DNA of 64,000 nt from Nitrospirota bacterium (GTDB taxonomy: Bacteria > Nitrospirota > UBA9217). Of this stretch, positions 25,097-35,390 are shown one piece after another (within the stretch, counting starts at the first letter, position 1; each line of letters opens with the position of its first letter). The notes under the pieces are model-generated. The model did no database searches. It saw nothing but the letters and a program-made list of their open reading frames with translations, and had not been told where the DNA came from. Where the stretch lies: the NCBI GenBank assembly GCA_963751455.1, contig CAVVUN010000012.1:1-64000 (forward strand), written 5' to 3'. Made by a program: the position numbers and the translations under genes.

Positions 25097-26590
25097 TTAC
25101 TCATGACTCGAAGCAGCCTGGTTTTTATGCCTTCTGAACCGAGTTGGTTTTGGCGCTTCCTGGTTTCCGGGTTTATCCGGACTTATAGCTTTGTCGGCCG
25201 CGGGCTTCGGTTTATCACGTTCGAGAATGAAGTTCGCTGTAAAGATATAGTCATCGATATAATCCCGCTTTCCGTCCCCGTTCAAGTCAAATTGCTGCGT
25301 CCCCTGCCCTTTCAAAAAAACAGAAAAATCGTTCTCTGTTACAGTTCCTGAATTATCGAGATCGACATTCGCCTTAGGCGCGACCGTAACAGGAAACTGC
25401 ATCGTGAGCTTCTCCTGGGGAACCATGAGACTGGTCGCGCAGGCTCCCTTGTCGGGTTTTACGTTCGCGATCCATGTATTCGTATTATCCGGATCGGGTA
25501 TAACCGTGGAAATGCTGCCCTCTGTCATCTCCGGTTTCGGAGGATTATTGCCTGTCTTCATGGCGATAAAAGTAATTTTTGCGAGGGAGTTGCCGTCCGA
25601 CAGAACAATCGGGGGCTCCTGCGTAAAGCCGATCAGAAAGTTCTGATTAAAAAGAGCGGCCAAGGCCTTGGGCGTTCGATAACCCTTATAACTGCTGAAG
25701 TTCTGGAGAATGCTCTTTTGAGCATATATCGTCCTTGCCGAAGCTTTTGCCCGAATCTCGTCGGCTTTTTTGCTTTCCTGCGGTATTTTCGTTTCCTGCG
25801 GCGGTTTACTTTGCGGGGCGGCTTTATTTTCCTGGCCGGCCGTTGTGGTCGGTTTACTTTGCGGAGCGGCTTTATTTTCCTGTTTGGCCACTTTCTTTAC
25901 GATAACCGGGTTTTCCAGCATTGCTGCCTGTTCCAGTTTTTCCAGTTCGAGGATGGCGGCTTTATCTTCCAGTTCGGCCTCATCTTCCGGTTCGGGGACA
26001 GCTTCATCTTCCGGTTCGAAGATTTCTGCATCTTCGGATTTTGTAATTACAGCGGTCGTTGCAGGTTGAACGGCAAACTGACGAGCCGGGACCGCTGAGA
26101 CAAGAGTCGGAGCCTGGTTTGCTTCTCCTGATGAGGAGTCCGCAGCCGTGACTGCCGGGTTTATTATCTGCACCTGTACCGGAAGCAAACTGCCGTTTAT
26201 ATTGGTGCCGCTTGCCTTGAATGTCCCGATCCCGTCCGCTGCATTTCCCTGACCGTCAAACGTCATCGTCGCGATAATGCCCGTGCCGCTTATAGGTTTG
26301 GTCGTTACGATCCCGATACGTATCGTGCCCGGAGTGTTCGTATTGATCGCGGTCATTGCGCCGGACACGAGCGGTCCCTGCGTAATCCGCGGATTATCAA
26401 GTGACTGCCTGTTGTACGGAATAGTAATGTCGAGCGCTGCGACGTTTTCCATGCCTGCACCCTGCAATACATAGGAAGCGTTTCCTGAGTTAGACAAGAT
26501 AAGGGTAGAAGCGGCAGAGGCCGGCAAAGAGCGCAGCAGGACAACCATCAGAAGAACAAGAAGAGAAAAACCAGTAATTCTAACTTTCAT
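25097..26590 (-). CDS. Secreted protein with a cohesin-like domain and C-terminal dockerin/EF-hand-like motifs
   Basis: Signal peptide; ALDITIPYN...GTIRIGIV...GTGIIATMTF; internal repeats QENKAAPQSKP x2 and EPEDEA x2; DLDNSGTV and DLNGDGKR. Confidence 0.75.
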   Translation of the reverse strand: MKVRITGFSLLVLLMVVLLRSLPASAASTLILSNSGNASYVLQGAGMENVAALDITIPYNRQSLDNPRITQGPLVSGAMTAINTNTPGTIRIGIVTTKPISGTGIIATMTFDGQGNAADGIGTFKASGTNINGSLLPVQVQIINPAVTAADSSSGEANQAPTLVSAVPARQFAVQPATTAVITKSEDAEIFEPEDEAVPEPEDEAELEDKAAILELEKLEQAAMLENPVIVKKVAKQENKAAPQSKPTTTAGQENKAAPQSKPPQETKIPQESKKADEIRAKASARTIYAQKSILQNFSSYKGYRTPKALAALFNQNFLIGFTQEPPIVLSDGNSLAKITFIAMKTGNNPPKPEMTEGSISTVIPDPDNTNTWIANVKPDKGACATSLMVPQEKLTMQFPVTVAPKANVDLDNSGTVTENDFSVFLKGQGTQQFDLNGDGKRDYIDDYIFTANFILERDKPKPAADKAISPDKPGNQEAPKPTRFRRHKNQAASSHE

Positions 26591-26803
26591 GCGTCTTTTC
26601 CTTTAACGCCGTACATATAGCAGAGATATGCAAAATCTGTCAGCCGGCGGCAATTCCCCCAAAAGAGTGGAGACGAGTATAATCTAAAAAAAAGACAAAT
26701 GTAAAGGATAAAAATTATTGGTTCAAGAATTCCATTATTTTACACCTTTCGCTCGACAAAAATCAAAAAATATTTTAAGCTATGGGCAGAAGGAACGACG
26801 GGA

Positions 26804-27196
26804 ATGAACCATATGATGGAAGTTAAAATCTACTACGAAGACACGGACTGCGGCGGTGTTGTCTACTACGCAAACTACCTCAGGTACATGGAGCGCGCGC
26901 GAACGGAATATCTGGCGGCACGCGGCTATGAGGTCAGGAAACTGATGGACGAAGGCACTATCTTCATGGTCCTCCGCGTGGAGATCGACTATAAATCACC
27001 CGCCCGGTATGGTGATGTCATCGAAATTGAAACCTGGGTCCGGGACGTGACGCGGGCAACCATGGTGTTTGAACATATCATGCGGGATAAGACATCCGGC
27101 CGCGTTTTCGTCGAGTGCAGGGCAAAAGCGGTATATGTCGACCCTCACGGCAAACCGAAACGCCTGACAGCCGACTATGTCGAAAAAGTGAAATAA
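26804..27196 (+). CDS. YbgC/FadM family acyl-CoA thioesterase
   Basis: YYEDTDCGGVVYYANYLRYMERAR. Confidence 0.92.
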   Translation: MNHMMEVKIYYEDTDCGGVVYYANYLRYMERARTEYLAARGYEVRKLMDEGTIFMVLRVEIDYKSPARYGDVIEIETWVRDVTRATMVFEHIMRDKTSGRVFVECRAKAVYVDPHGKPKRLTADYVEKVK

Positions 27197-27220
27197 CAAC
27201 GCTTTTCAAACCATGTGGCG

Positions 27221-27419
27221 GAGTGGAGTCCCCCTCCAGCTGGAGCCGGCGGCTCCCGGAACAAGCGACCTCCCGCCTGCACCCAGCGTTTATGAGGCCC
27301 TTGATTCCCGTCTCGCGATTCTAAGCGAGATGGTACGACAATGAGTCTAAATATTGCACCGCGCGGGTTACGACGCAAACCTCCCCCGGCGGGGAGGCGG
27401 GATTCATAGTCGCGGGATT
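27221..27419. repeat. Composite repeat (module D carrying modules A and B)
   Basis: Matches 32620-32731 apart from an insertion at ~27275-27360. Confidence 0.8.
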
Positions 27420-27425
27420 AAATTC

Positions 27426-28193
27426 ATGTCTCTCATAAACAAACGCAACGACGCCGTTAATTCGGATTTATTTTCTCACGATACTATCTCCATGAGGGGA
27501 GCAGGCGTCGTCACGATCACACAGCCTAGAAAGGGAGCGCGCTTCACTCTCGACAGCCTCATTCTCGCGGATTTTTGCCGCGCTAAAACGGACGACACCA
27601 TACTTGAGCCCGGCGCTGGAACCGGCATTATCTCGATCCTTCTCGCGAAAAAATTTCCCAAGGCCGCGCTGGTCGCCGTTGAGACTCAGCCTGCCGCGGT
27701 AGAAATCTGCAGGAAGAACATCACGGTCAACGGCGTTGACGATCGTATCCTTTTCTTTGAGAAGGATATTAAGACTTTGAAAACGGTATTGAAGCCCTCG
27801 ACCTTCGATGTCATCGTAGCTAACCCGCCCTACACAAGGTCGGGCACAGGCAAGGAGAGCCCGCATGCCGGACGCCTGGCATCCCGGCATGATGTACTCG
27901 GAGATCTGCGCGAGTGGCTCGATCTCCAGGTCTTTCTCAAGAACAAGGGCCGTTACGTTTTGGTTTTTATCTCGGACAGACTCGCGGAATTGATTACGTC
28001 TCTCCGGTCACGCAAACTCGAGCCGAAATGCATGCGTCTGGTTCATCCGTATGCAGACCGGCAGGCGACCCTCGTGCTGATAGAAGCTGTTAAAGCCTCG
28101 GGTATCGGCCTGGAGGTGTTGCCGCCCCTGGTTATTCATGAAGCGAATGGACATTTTACGCGTGAGATGCGCGCGCTCTACGATTTGCCGTAG
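27426..28193 (+). CDS. SAM methyltransferase, tRNA1(Val) A37 N6-methyltransferase-like
   Basis: QPRKGARFTLDSLIL, EPGAGTG, ANPPY, ARHD-like SRHD, LVLIEA. Confidence 0.85.
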   Translation: MSLINKRNDAVNSDLFSHDTISMRGAGVVTITQPRKGARFTLDSLILADFCRAKTDDTILEPGAGTGIISILLAKKFPKAALVAVETQPAAVEICRKNITVNGVDDRILFFEKDIKTLKTVLKPSTFDVIVANPPYTRSGTGKESPHAGRLASRHDVLGDLREWLDLQVFLKNKGRYVLVFISDRLAELITSLRSRKLEPKCMRLVHPYADRQATLVLIEAVKASGIGLEVLPPLVIHEANGHFTREMRALYDLP

Positions 28194-28259
28194 GTATTTA
28201 GGCCGCTCTTCCTTGACACCTCCGCAACCTTGCTCTACACTTTATTTATATTCCTGGTC

Positions 28260-29174
28260 ATGCTCACCCTCTCTTTTTATCTTAAGCCGGCTGCGCCGTT
28301 TCGCCTCGACCTGACCGTATGGGCTTTGCGCCGGCTTCCCCATAACATCGTCGATACGTGGCAGGCAATGACCTATACGCGCATTTTTTTGCTTGGGCCG
28401 GATCTGATCAGGGTCGATATAACTCAACCCGGCGTGCAAAGAATCCATGTCAGGGTCGAAACGGTCAACGCTTCAGTTCCCGGCCTCAAGGCGCGGACTA
28501 TTGAGTTGGTGGAAAAAGTCCTTAGTACCCGCGAAAACCTGCAGGAATTTTATAATCGCGCGGCTCATGATCCGTATATAAATCCGCTTATGAAACGGTT
28601 CCTCGGCTTGAAACCTCCTCGGTTCCCTTCGCTGTTCGAGGCGATGGTAAACGCCGTTGCCTTCCAGCAGATTTCTCTCAATGTCGGCGTAACGCTTCTG
28701 AACCGGCTCGTGGAAACATATGGCAGTGCGTGGACCTCCGGCGGCACCGTGCTGCATGCTTTTCCCGAACCGTACCAGCTTGCCGTCGCATCTTCAAGCG
28801 GACTGCGAAGCCTCGGATTCAGCGGCAATAAGACGAATGCAATCGTTTCCCTCTCGCAGCTTGTTGCGGAAGGAAAAGCGGACCTGGACCGTATCGCATT
28901 GATGGACAGTTCCGAAGCCATAGAATATTTACAAAGCTTCAAAGGGATCGGCCGCTGGTCTGCGGAATACGTACTGCTCAGGGGGATGGGGCGTCTCAAT
29001 ATTTTCCCGGGCGAAGACGCGGGCGCCCGCAACAGTCTGGCGCTGCTGCTCGGGCTCAGAAAAAAACCGGATTTTGACGCGGTACGGGCAATTACCCGGC
29101 GGTGGCATCCTTTTGCCGGCTTGGTCTATTTCCACTTCCTTCTGAAGCGACTGAACACAAAAGGATACCTGTAA
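28260..29174 (+). CDS. DNA-3-methyladenine glycosylase II (AlkA family)
   Basis: FEAMVNAVAFQQIS, HhH motif FKGIGRWSAEY, FPGED, WHPF. Confidence 0.88.
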   Translation: MLTLSFYLKPAAPFRLDLTVWALRRLPHNIVDTWQAMTYTRIFLLGPDLIRVDITQPGVQRIHVRVETVNASVPGLKARTIELVEKVLSTRENLQEFYNRAAHDPYINPLMKRFLGLKPPRFPSLFEAMVNAVAFQQISLNVGVTLLNRLVETYGSAWTSGGTVLHAFPEPYQLAVASSSGLRSLGFSGNKTNAIVSLSQLVAEGKADLDRIALMDSSEAIEYLQSFKGIGRWSAEYVLLRGMGRLNIFPGEDAGARNSLALLLGLRKKPDFDAVRAITRRWHPFAGLVYFHFLLKRLNTKGYL

Positions 29175-29335
29175 GTTTTAGAGAAACGCCGAGCCCCATG
29201 CATGTTCTTCGGTCGCTGGCCCTCCCTTATATCGTATCTATGGTATATTCAAATCATGCAATGAAACATGCCTCAAGGAGAAGCCGCCTGTAGTACTCCC
29301 GGCAGCAGAGAATCGACATCGGGACGGAGGACTCC

Positions 29336-30542
29336 ATGCCGGAACACTCATACAAGTACATCATCGTCGGCGCCGGACTGGCCGGTTCCTCGGCAATAGA
29401 GGGCATCAGAGGCCTCGACAAGAACGGTTCTATCCTGCTCCTCGGCACTGAAAAACATCTACCCTACGATCGTCCGCCTCTCACCAAGAAGCTCTGGTTC
29501 GGTAAGAAAAAAGTCGAAGATATCTTTCTTCATAAAAAGGAGTACTACGATCAGAACGGGGTAACGCTTGGCCTGGGATTTACCGTACTGTCGCTTGACA
29601 TAAGAAACAGGTCCTTGATCGATAATACGGGCACGCACTACAACTTCGAAAAGATCCTGCTCGCAACCGGGGGCGTTCCGAGAAAGCTCTCGATTGAAGG
29701 AGGAGACCGGGAGGATATCTATTATTTCCGGAACCTGAACCACTACCTGGACTTGAGATCCGAGGCAGCTGCCGGCAAATCCGCCGTTATTGTAGGGGGC
29801 GGATTCATAGGCTCTGAAATCGCCGCTTCTCTCAACATCAACAAACTCGATGTAACCATGATCTTCCCCGGTTCCTACCTTGTATCCCGCGTGTTTCCGG
29901 AATATCTGGGCCGGGCGCTTCAGGGAAAATTCCAGGAGCGCGGAATCACAATACTGAGCGGCGAAAGGCCGGCCTGGTTCCGAAAAAAGGGAAACCGGTT
30001 TGTTACAGCAACGGAAACAGGCAGGGAGGTCGAGTCCGATATTGTAATCGCCGGTGTCGGCATTTCGCCCTCTCTCGAGCTCGCCAGAAAAAGCGGGACT
30101 GCAGACCGCCAATGGAATCATCGTTGATGAGTATCTCCAGGCCTCGCTCCCCGGTGTCTATGCAGCGGGCGATAATGCGTTCTTTCCCTATAATGCGCTT
30201 GGAAAGCAGCTGCGGGTCGAACACTGGGACAACGCCTTGAACCAGGGAAAGCTTGCAGGCAGGAACATGGCAGGCGCGCATGAAAAATATACCTATATGC
30301 CGTATTTCTTTTCAGACCTCTTCGAGTTCGGATATGAGGCAGTCGGGGAAGTGACCACCCGCTTCGAAACCTTTGCGGACTGGCAGAAAGAAAACGAAAC
30401 GGGCGTCATTTACTATCTTGACCGCGGCAGGGTAAGAGGCGTGATGATGTGCAATGTCTGGGAAAAAGTCGAGGCTGCGCGCGAACTGATCCTCAAGGGC
30501 GGACAAATGGCGAAAGGAAAACTGCGCGGCGCGATACGGTAA
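29336..30542 (+). pseudogene. FAD-dependent ferredoxin/monodehydroascorbate reductase-like oxidoreductase with a +1 frameshift
   Basis: GAGLAG, PYDRPPL, GGGFIGSE in the first frame; AAGD, RVEHWDNA, PYFFSDLF in the second; the frames join at the A5 run 30088-30092. Confidence 0.85.
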
Positions 30543-30585
30543 GGACCGCTCATTCCATGGTTCATTTCAGCAAGGAGAACTGATC

Positions 30586-31035
30586 ATGATTTCAAAAATC
30601 CTCGTTCCGACAGACGGTTCCGCAACGGCCCAAAAGGCGGTCGAATACGCCATTGAACTTGCCAAACAGCTCAACGCTGTTGTAATTGCGCACAGCGTAA
30701 TCGACAAACGGGCATTTATAACACAAACAGTTCCACCCGCGGCAACCGGGACACATCTTGCGGAGCCCATCGAGGATTACCTCCGGAAGGCGGCAGAAGA
30801 GTACGCGCAGGGCATAAAGGAACTGTGCGATAAAAACGATGTCAATTCCGAGATTTTAATAACAACAGGGCACCCTGTGGAGGAAATTGTGAAAGAGGCT
30901 GAGCGGTTGCCGGCTGATCTCATCGTTCTCGGCTCACACGGTAAAAGCGCCTTATCGGCCGCCGTGCTTGGGAGCACTACCTATGGAGTCATCAATAAAG
31001 AGTCAAAAATCCCGGTTCTTGTTGTGAAACAATAG
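30586..31035 (+). CDS. Universal stress protein
   Basis: ILVPTDGS, GHPVEEIV, DLIVLGSHG, LGSTT, PVLVV. Confidence 0.95.
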   Translation: MISKILVPTDGSATAQKAVEYAIELAKQLNAVVIAHSVIDKRAFITQTVPPAATGTHLAEPIEDYLRKAAEEYAQGIKELCDKNDVNSEILITTGHPVEEIVKEAERLPADLIVLGSHGKSALSAAVLGSTTYGVINKESKIPVLVVKQ

Positions 31036-31114
31036 GGGAGTTCAACACACGCTTCCCTGATCCGGTCGAGAATGAATATACTATTTTTTTCGTAACTACT
31101 CAGGTCATTTTTTT

Positions 31115-31200
31115 ATCCGCAGATTACGCAGATTTCGCAGATAAAAACAAAACCAGAATTCCGGCTTTAGAATCTGCGTCAATCTGCGAAATCTGCGGAT
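31115..31200. repeat. ATCCGCAGATT-type bipartite palindrome
   Basis: ATCCGCAGATTACGCAGATTTCGCAGAT ... ATCTGCGTCAATCTGCGAAATCTGCGGAT. Confidence 0.88.
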
Positions 31201-31475
31201 AGAAGGGCTTTTTCTCAGATTTGTCTTAATGCCGTTCTGAAAAGAAGCTGAATAGTTACTTTTTTTTAAAACTTGACATGGCCGCGCGAATCTTGCAAAT
31301 GGCAAAGACTTCGGCGAGACCTCGGCGTGAGCTCGGTCGAACGCTCGTCGAGTCGTGCAAAATGCCAATTGTGTGGGAATAAGACACTTAGACTCGCGGC
31401 CATACCTCTGCAATTTGAAATTTACAATTTGCATTTTGCATTGGCTCGGCCGAAGGCCGCGCGAAGGAGGTCTTG

Positions 31476-31820
31476 ATGAACCTTGCAGAACAAAACTGTA
31501 AACCGGCGTCCGAAACGGTGAGGCTTTCGATCAGTGAGGCCCAAGGGCTTCTGAGCGAGATACCCGCATGGTCTCCCGCGGGTACGGAAATCAAGCGGCA
31601 GTTTCGCTTCAAAGATTTCCGGCAGTCCATGGAGTTCGTAAACGATGTGGCTGCACTAGCCAACAAGCAGGACCATCATCCGGATATTTTCATATCCTAT
31701 AACAAAGTGCAGCTGACTTTGTCGACGCATAAGATCGGCGGGCTATCGATGAACGATTTCATTATGGCGGCAAAAATCGATCGGACGGCTGAGCGCCGGA
31801 TCGGCAAGAAAGCGGCATGA
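31476..31820 (+). CDS. phhB: Pterin-4a-carbinolamine dehydratase
   Basis: FRFKDF, QDHHPDI, LSTHKIGGLSMNDFIMAAKID. Confidence 0.93.
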   Translation: MNLAEQNCKPASETVRLSISEAQGLLSEIPAWSPAGTEIKRQFRFKDFRQSMEFVNDVAALANKQDHHPDIFISYNKVQLTLSTHKIGGLSMNDFIMAAKIDRTAERRIGKKAA

Positions 31821-32599
31821 CAAGCCATCTGCCAAACGAGAAACCGCGCCGGAATAATTTGAAGGGTAAAACAGCTCTGGTAACCGGCTCAAGCAGGCGC
31901 CTCGGCCGGGCGATCTCGATAGCCCTTGCGGAACACGGAGTTCATATTGTCGCGCACGACCGCAAGGCCATGGAACCGGAAACCGACCAGGTTTGCAATG
32001 AAGTGGCCGACTGCGGGGCTAAGTCGTGGAAGGTAATGGCAGACCTTGAAAAGCCGGAAGAGTACGAAAGTCTGGTAAAACGTGCGCTCAGCGCAGCTGG
32101 CTCTGTGGATATACTCGTAAACAATGCATCCATTTTCCTGCCGGGCGGGGTCATGGACGTCAGTTTTATCGACGTCATGCGGCATATGCATATCAACGCC
32201 TGGGCGCCCTTCGCGCTCAGCCGCGAGTTTTCGCGGCTTGCGACACGGGGAAAAATCGTAAATCTTCTGGACACGAGGATAACCGGGTACTTCGACCGGA
32301 CGCATGTGGCCTACACTCTGAGCAAGCAGATGCTGGCCGCGATGACCAGGATGTGCGCTATTGAGTTCTCTCCCGATTTCACTGTGAATGCTGTAGCGCC
32401 CGGCCTGATCCTGCCGCCGAACGGCAAGGACGAGAGCTATCTGGACCGGCTTGCGCCGACAGTGCCCCTGAAGCGACACGGCGGGGCCGCGGACGTCGCA
32501 GATGCGGTCCTCTACCTGCTCCAAAGCGATTTCGTTACCGGCCAGACGATTTACATCGACGGAGGCCGACACCTTTTGGGGAGCGCCGGTGGACCTTAG
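31817..32599 (+). CDS. Pteridine reductase-type SDR (FolM/PTR1-like)
   Basis: TGSSRRLG (Arg-bearing motif typical of pteridine reductases), LVNNASIF, YTLSK, VNAVAPG; fol gene context. Confidence 0.85.
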   Translation: MTSHLPNEKPRRNNLKGKTALVTGSSRRLGRAISIALAEHGVHIVAHDRKAMEPETDQVCNEVADCGAKSWKVMADLEKPEEYESLVKRALSAAGSVDILVNNASIFLPGGVMDVSFIDVMRHMHINAWAPFALSREFSRLATRGKIVNLLDTRITGYFDRTHVAYTLSKQMLAAMTRMCAIEFSPDFTVNAVAPGLILPPNGKDESYLDRLAPTVPLKRHGGAADVADAVLYLLQSDFVTGQTIYIDGGRHLLGSAGGP

Positions 32600-32619
32600 C
32601 GCCGGCTCACAGCCGCCGC

Positions 32620-33137
32620 GAGTGGAGCCCCCTCCGGCACGAGCCGGAGGCTCCCCAAAACAACGCGACCTCCCGCGGGTTACGAGCATACCTCCCCCGG
32701 CGGGAGCCGGGGGATTCATAGTCACGGGATTGAAAATTGTAAATTGAAAATATCCAAAGCAATTTTGCCGCAAAGATGCACAAAATCCACAAGTAGATTC
32801 CTGACCCGGACAAGCCGGAACAAAAGATCAAAGCCAAGGCGTCTCGCGCAAAGCCGCAAAGGCGCGTAAAAAAATCTTTAAGCCCGGTTTTTAAATAAGA
32901 AAATAAATAATTTAGCCTTTCTTTGCGACTTGGCGACGCTCGTGCCCAGCGTTTATGAGGCCCTTGATTCCCGTCTCGTGATTCTCAACGAGATGGTCGA
33001 CAATGGGTCTAAGTATTGTGCAACGCGAATGCAGGGTATTGCGCGAAATATTCTTGCCTTTTTGAGAAGAATTTAATTTCTCAGTTACCAAGAGAATTTG
33101 AATCTTGTTTTTTGCGCTTCTTGTGCATTTTTGAGGC
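32620..33137. repeat. Stack of nested palindromic repeats between folM-like and folB
   Basis: Module D 32620-32731; outer arms 32767/33137; middle arms 32842/33048; module A 32938-33037 containing module B 32960-33018. Confidence 0.75.
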
Positions 33138-33211
33138 TAAAAGCTTTTCCGACAAATTTACGGGATGGCCATCGGCCATCATGTTCGATTCCGCAATTCA
33201 GTTTCGATGCT

Positions 33212-33568
33212 ATGGACCGTATTCTGATACATGATCTCCTGGTCCGGTGCATACTGGGGGTAAATGAAGACGAGCGGCGCCAGAAGCAGGACGTGCTGAT
33301 CAACCTGGCGCTGTCCGTTGACCTCCGGAAAGCCGGCACAAGCGACCGTTTCGAGGATGCCTTGGACTATCGCAGCGTCAAGAAGCGCATCATGAGCATG
33401 ACGGAAAACTCGCGATACTATCTGGTGGAGGCCCTGGCAGAGGCGATTGCCGCTCTTTGCCTCGAGTACCCCCCGGTTCTTGAAGCCACCGTCAAGGTCG
33501 AGAAGCCGTTCGCGCTTCGGTTTGCCAGGAGCGTCGGAGTCGAAATCACGCGGACGCGGCGGGTCTGA
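33212..33568 (+). CDS. folB: Dihydroneopterin aldolase/epimerase (FolB/FolX fold)
   Basis: ILGVNEDER, SDRFEDALDY, LVEALAE, VEKPFALRFARSVGVEI. Confidence 0.88.
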   Translation: MDRILIHDLLVRCILGVNEDERRQKQDVLINLALSVDLRKAGTSDRFEDALDYRSVKKRIMSMTENSRYYLVEALAEAIAALCLEYPPVLEATVKVEKPFALRFARSVGVEITRTRRV

Positions 33569-33571
33569 CGC

Positions 33572-34096
33572 ATGACGCAGGCATTTGTCGGTGCAGGATC
33601 GAACATTTCCCCGGAAAAGAACATCAGGGAGGCAATTCGCCTGCTTGCGTTCCGGGTCGCGGTCCGCTCTATCTCAACGGTGTACCTGACCGATCCCGTG
33701 GGCCGTCCCGGACAGCCGGCATATTTCAACTGCGTTCTGTCGATAGATTCATCGATGCCGCCTCTTGAATTGAAGAATGTGCTCCGCGAGATCGAGAACA
33801 AATTGGGCAGGATGCGGAGCGGTGATAAATCAGCTCCACGCACGATCGATCTCGATCTCCTTATATACGGGAACAGAACGATGGAGGAAGAAGAGCTGAC
33901 CCTGCCCGATCCCGATATCCTCAGCCGGCCATTTCTGACAGTCGCGCTTGCCGAGCTTGACCCCGGCCTGATCCTGCCGGGAACCGGCATCCCGGTTTGC
34001 GGAATTGCAGAGAATGCGGTGCAAAGCGGGATGACGCCGCTTTCCTGTTACACCGCCCTTTTGAGGGAGGAACTGCGTTATGGCTTTCGACCATGA
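33572..34096 (+). CDS. folK: 6-hydroxymethyl-7,8-dihydropterin pyrophosphokinase
   Basis: [28 protein letters not shown]. Confidence 0.93.
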   Translation: MTQAFVGAGSNISPEKNIREAIRLLAFRVAVRSISTVYLTDPVGRPGQPAYFNCVLSIDSSMPPLELKNVLREIENKLGRMRSGDKSAPRTIDLDLLIYGNRTMEEEELTLPDPDILSRPFLTVALAELDPGLILPGTGIPVCGIAENAVQSGMTPLSCYTALLREELRYGFRP

Positions 34097-34658
34097 GAAA
34101 GTACGGAGTCTGGTTCGTGAAGTCCTGATACAGATCGGCGAAGATCCCCTGCGTGAAGGACTGCTGGCCACACCGAAGCGGGTTGCGTCGGCAATTGAGT
34201 TTCTGACTGCCGGTTATCACGCGGACGTTGAGAAGCTGATTAATGAAGCCTGCTTCGCGCAGGATACGACGAGTATGGTGGTAGAGCGGGACATTGAAGT
34301 ATACAGCCTCTGCGAGCATCACATGCTGCCGTTCTTCGGTCGTTGCCACATAGGCTACATCCCGCGCGGAAGGGTCTTCGGGATCAGCAAACTTGCGAGG
34401 CTTGTCGATATGTTTGCACGAAGGCTGCAGATCCAGGAACGGCTTACTGAACAAATTGCGTACGTGGTAAAAAATGCAATCCAGGCCGACGGCGTGGGTG
34501 TCATGATCGAGGCGCATCACCTCTGCATGATGATGCGGGGTGTTGAAAAACAAAACTCCATGTTTGTTACATCTTCGGTACTGGGCGTTTTTCGCGATAA
34601 TCCGGCCACCAGGCAGGAATTCATGTCGATTATAGCCAGGGCAAGACCGGAGGTATGA
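34080..34658 (+). CDS. folE: GTP cyclohydrolase I
   Basis: [42 protein letters not shown]. Confidence 0.97.
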   Translation: MAFDHEKVRSLVREVLIQIGEDPLREGLLATPKRVASAIEFLTAGYHADVEKLINEACFAQDTTSMVVERDIEVYSLCEHHMLPFFGRCHIGYIPRGRVFGISKLARLVDMFARRLQIQERLTEQIAYVVKNAIQADGVGVMIEAHHLCMMMRGVEKQNSMFVTSSVLGVFRDNPATRQEFMSIIARARPEV

Positions 34659-34925
34659 AGCTTAGGCCGGTATTCAGGCCTCACCCCTGCTTGCCGGATC
34701 TCCTCGGGCGGGCCCGCCGATTACTCCTGATGTCAGTCCCCGATGATACTTTGAGTGAATTGACATGACTTCATGTGGTGATATGTTTAGTAATATTTTT
34801 TGTTTCGAATACCCATCGTTACCTATCGAAGCCCATAAAAAAGTATCAATTCCCGAAGCGGAAGCACAACGCGCAGATGGGCCGTATTGATCGCCTGTTT
34901 GAGCAGGCATGCGAGGAGGAGCGGC

Positions 34926-35348
34926 ATGGTGCAGAAGGCAAGCCCCAAATTAACGGAACTGATGAACCAGGCGATAGCTGCGGAACTGCAGGCCATAATT
35001 CAGTACATGTGGCACCATGTAATGGTCAAAGGTATGAACGCGTCGGAACTTTCGGACGTGTTCGAAAAGACGTCTATGGATGAAATGAAGCACGCCGAGA
35101 AAATCGCGGAGCGCCTTAATTATTTTGATGTAAGCCCCACGATCAAGCCTAATCCCATTTCCGTCGGGGGAGACGCGATCCAGATGCTGAGGGCGGATGC
35201 CAGGACCGAAGAAGAGGCAATTGCTTTATACAAGAACATCATAAAGCAGGCTGTTTCGGAAGGCGACGAAACAACGAGGCTGCTCTTCGAGGAGATCCTT
35301 TCCATCGAGGAAGGACACCACGACACGCTCACAACCCTGCTGGGTTAG
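34926..35348 (+). CDS. Bacterioferritin/ferritin-like di-iron protein
   Basis: AAELQAIIQY, DEMKHAEKIAER, EEEAI, EEGHHD; SD GAGGAGG. Confidence 0.88.
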   Translation: MVQKASPKLTELMNQAIAAELQAIIQYMWHHVMVKGMNASELSDVFEKTSMDEMKHAEKIAERLNYFDVSPTIKPNPISVGGDAIQMLRADARTEEEAIALYKNIIKQAVSEGDETTRLLFEEILSIEEGHHDTLTTLLG

Positions 35349-35390
35349 TTTGCACTTGCTCACGAATTCGGATATTTGCGGGAAGATAGT

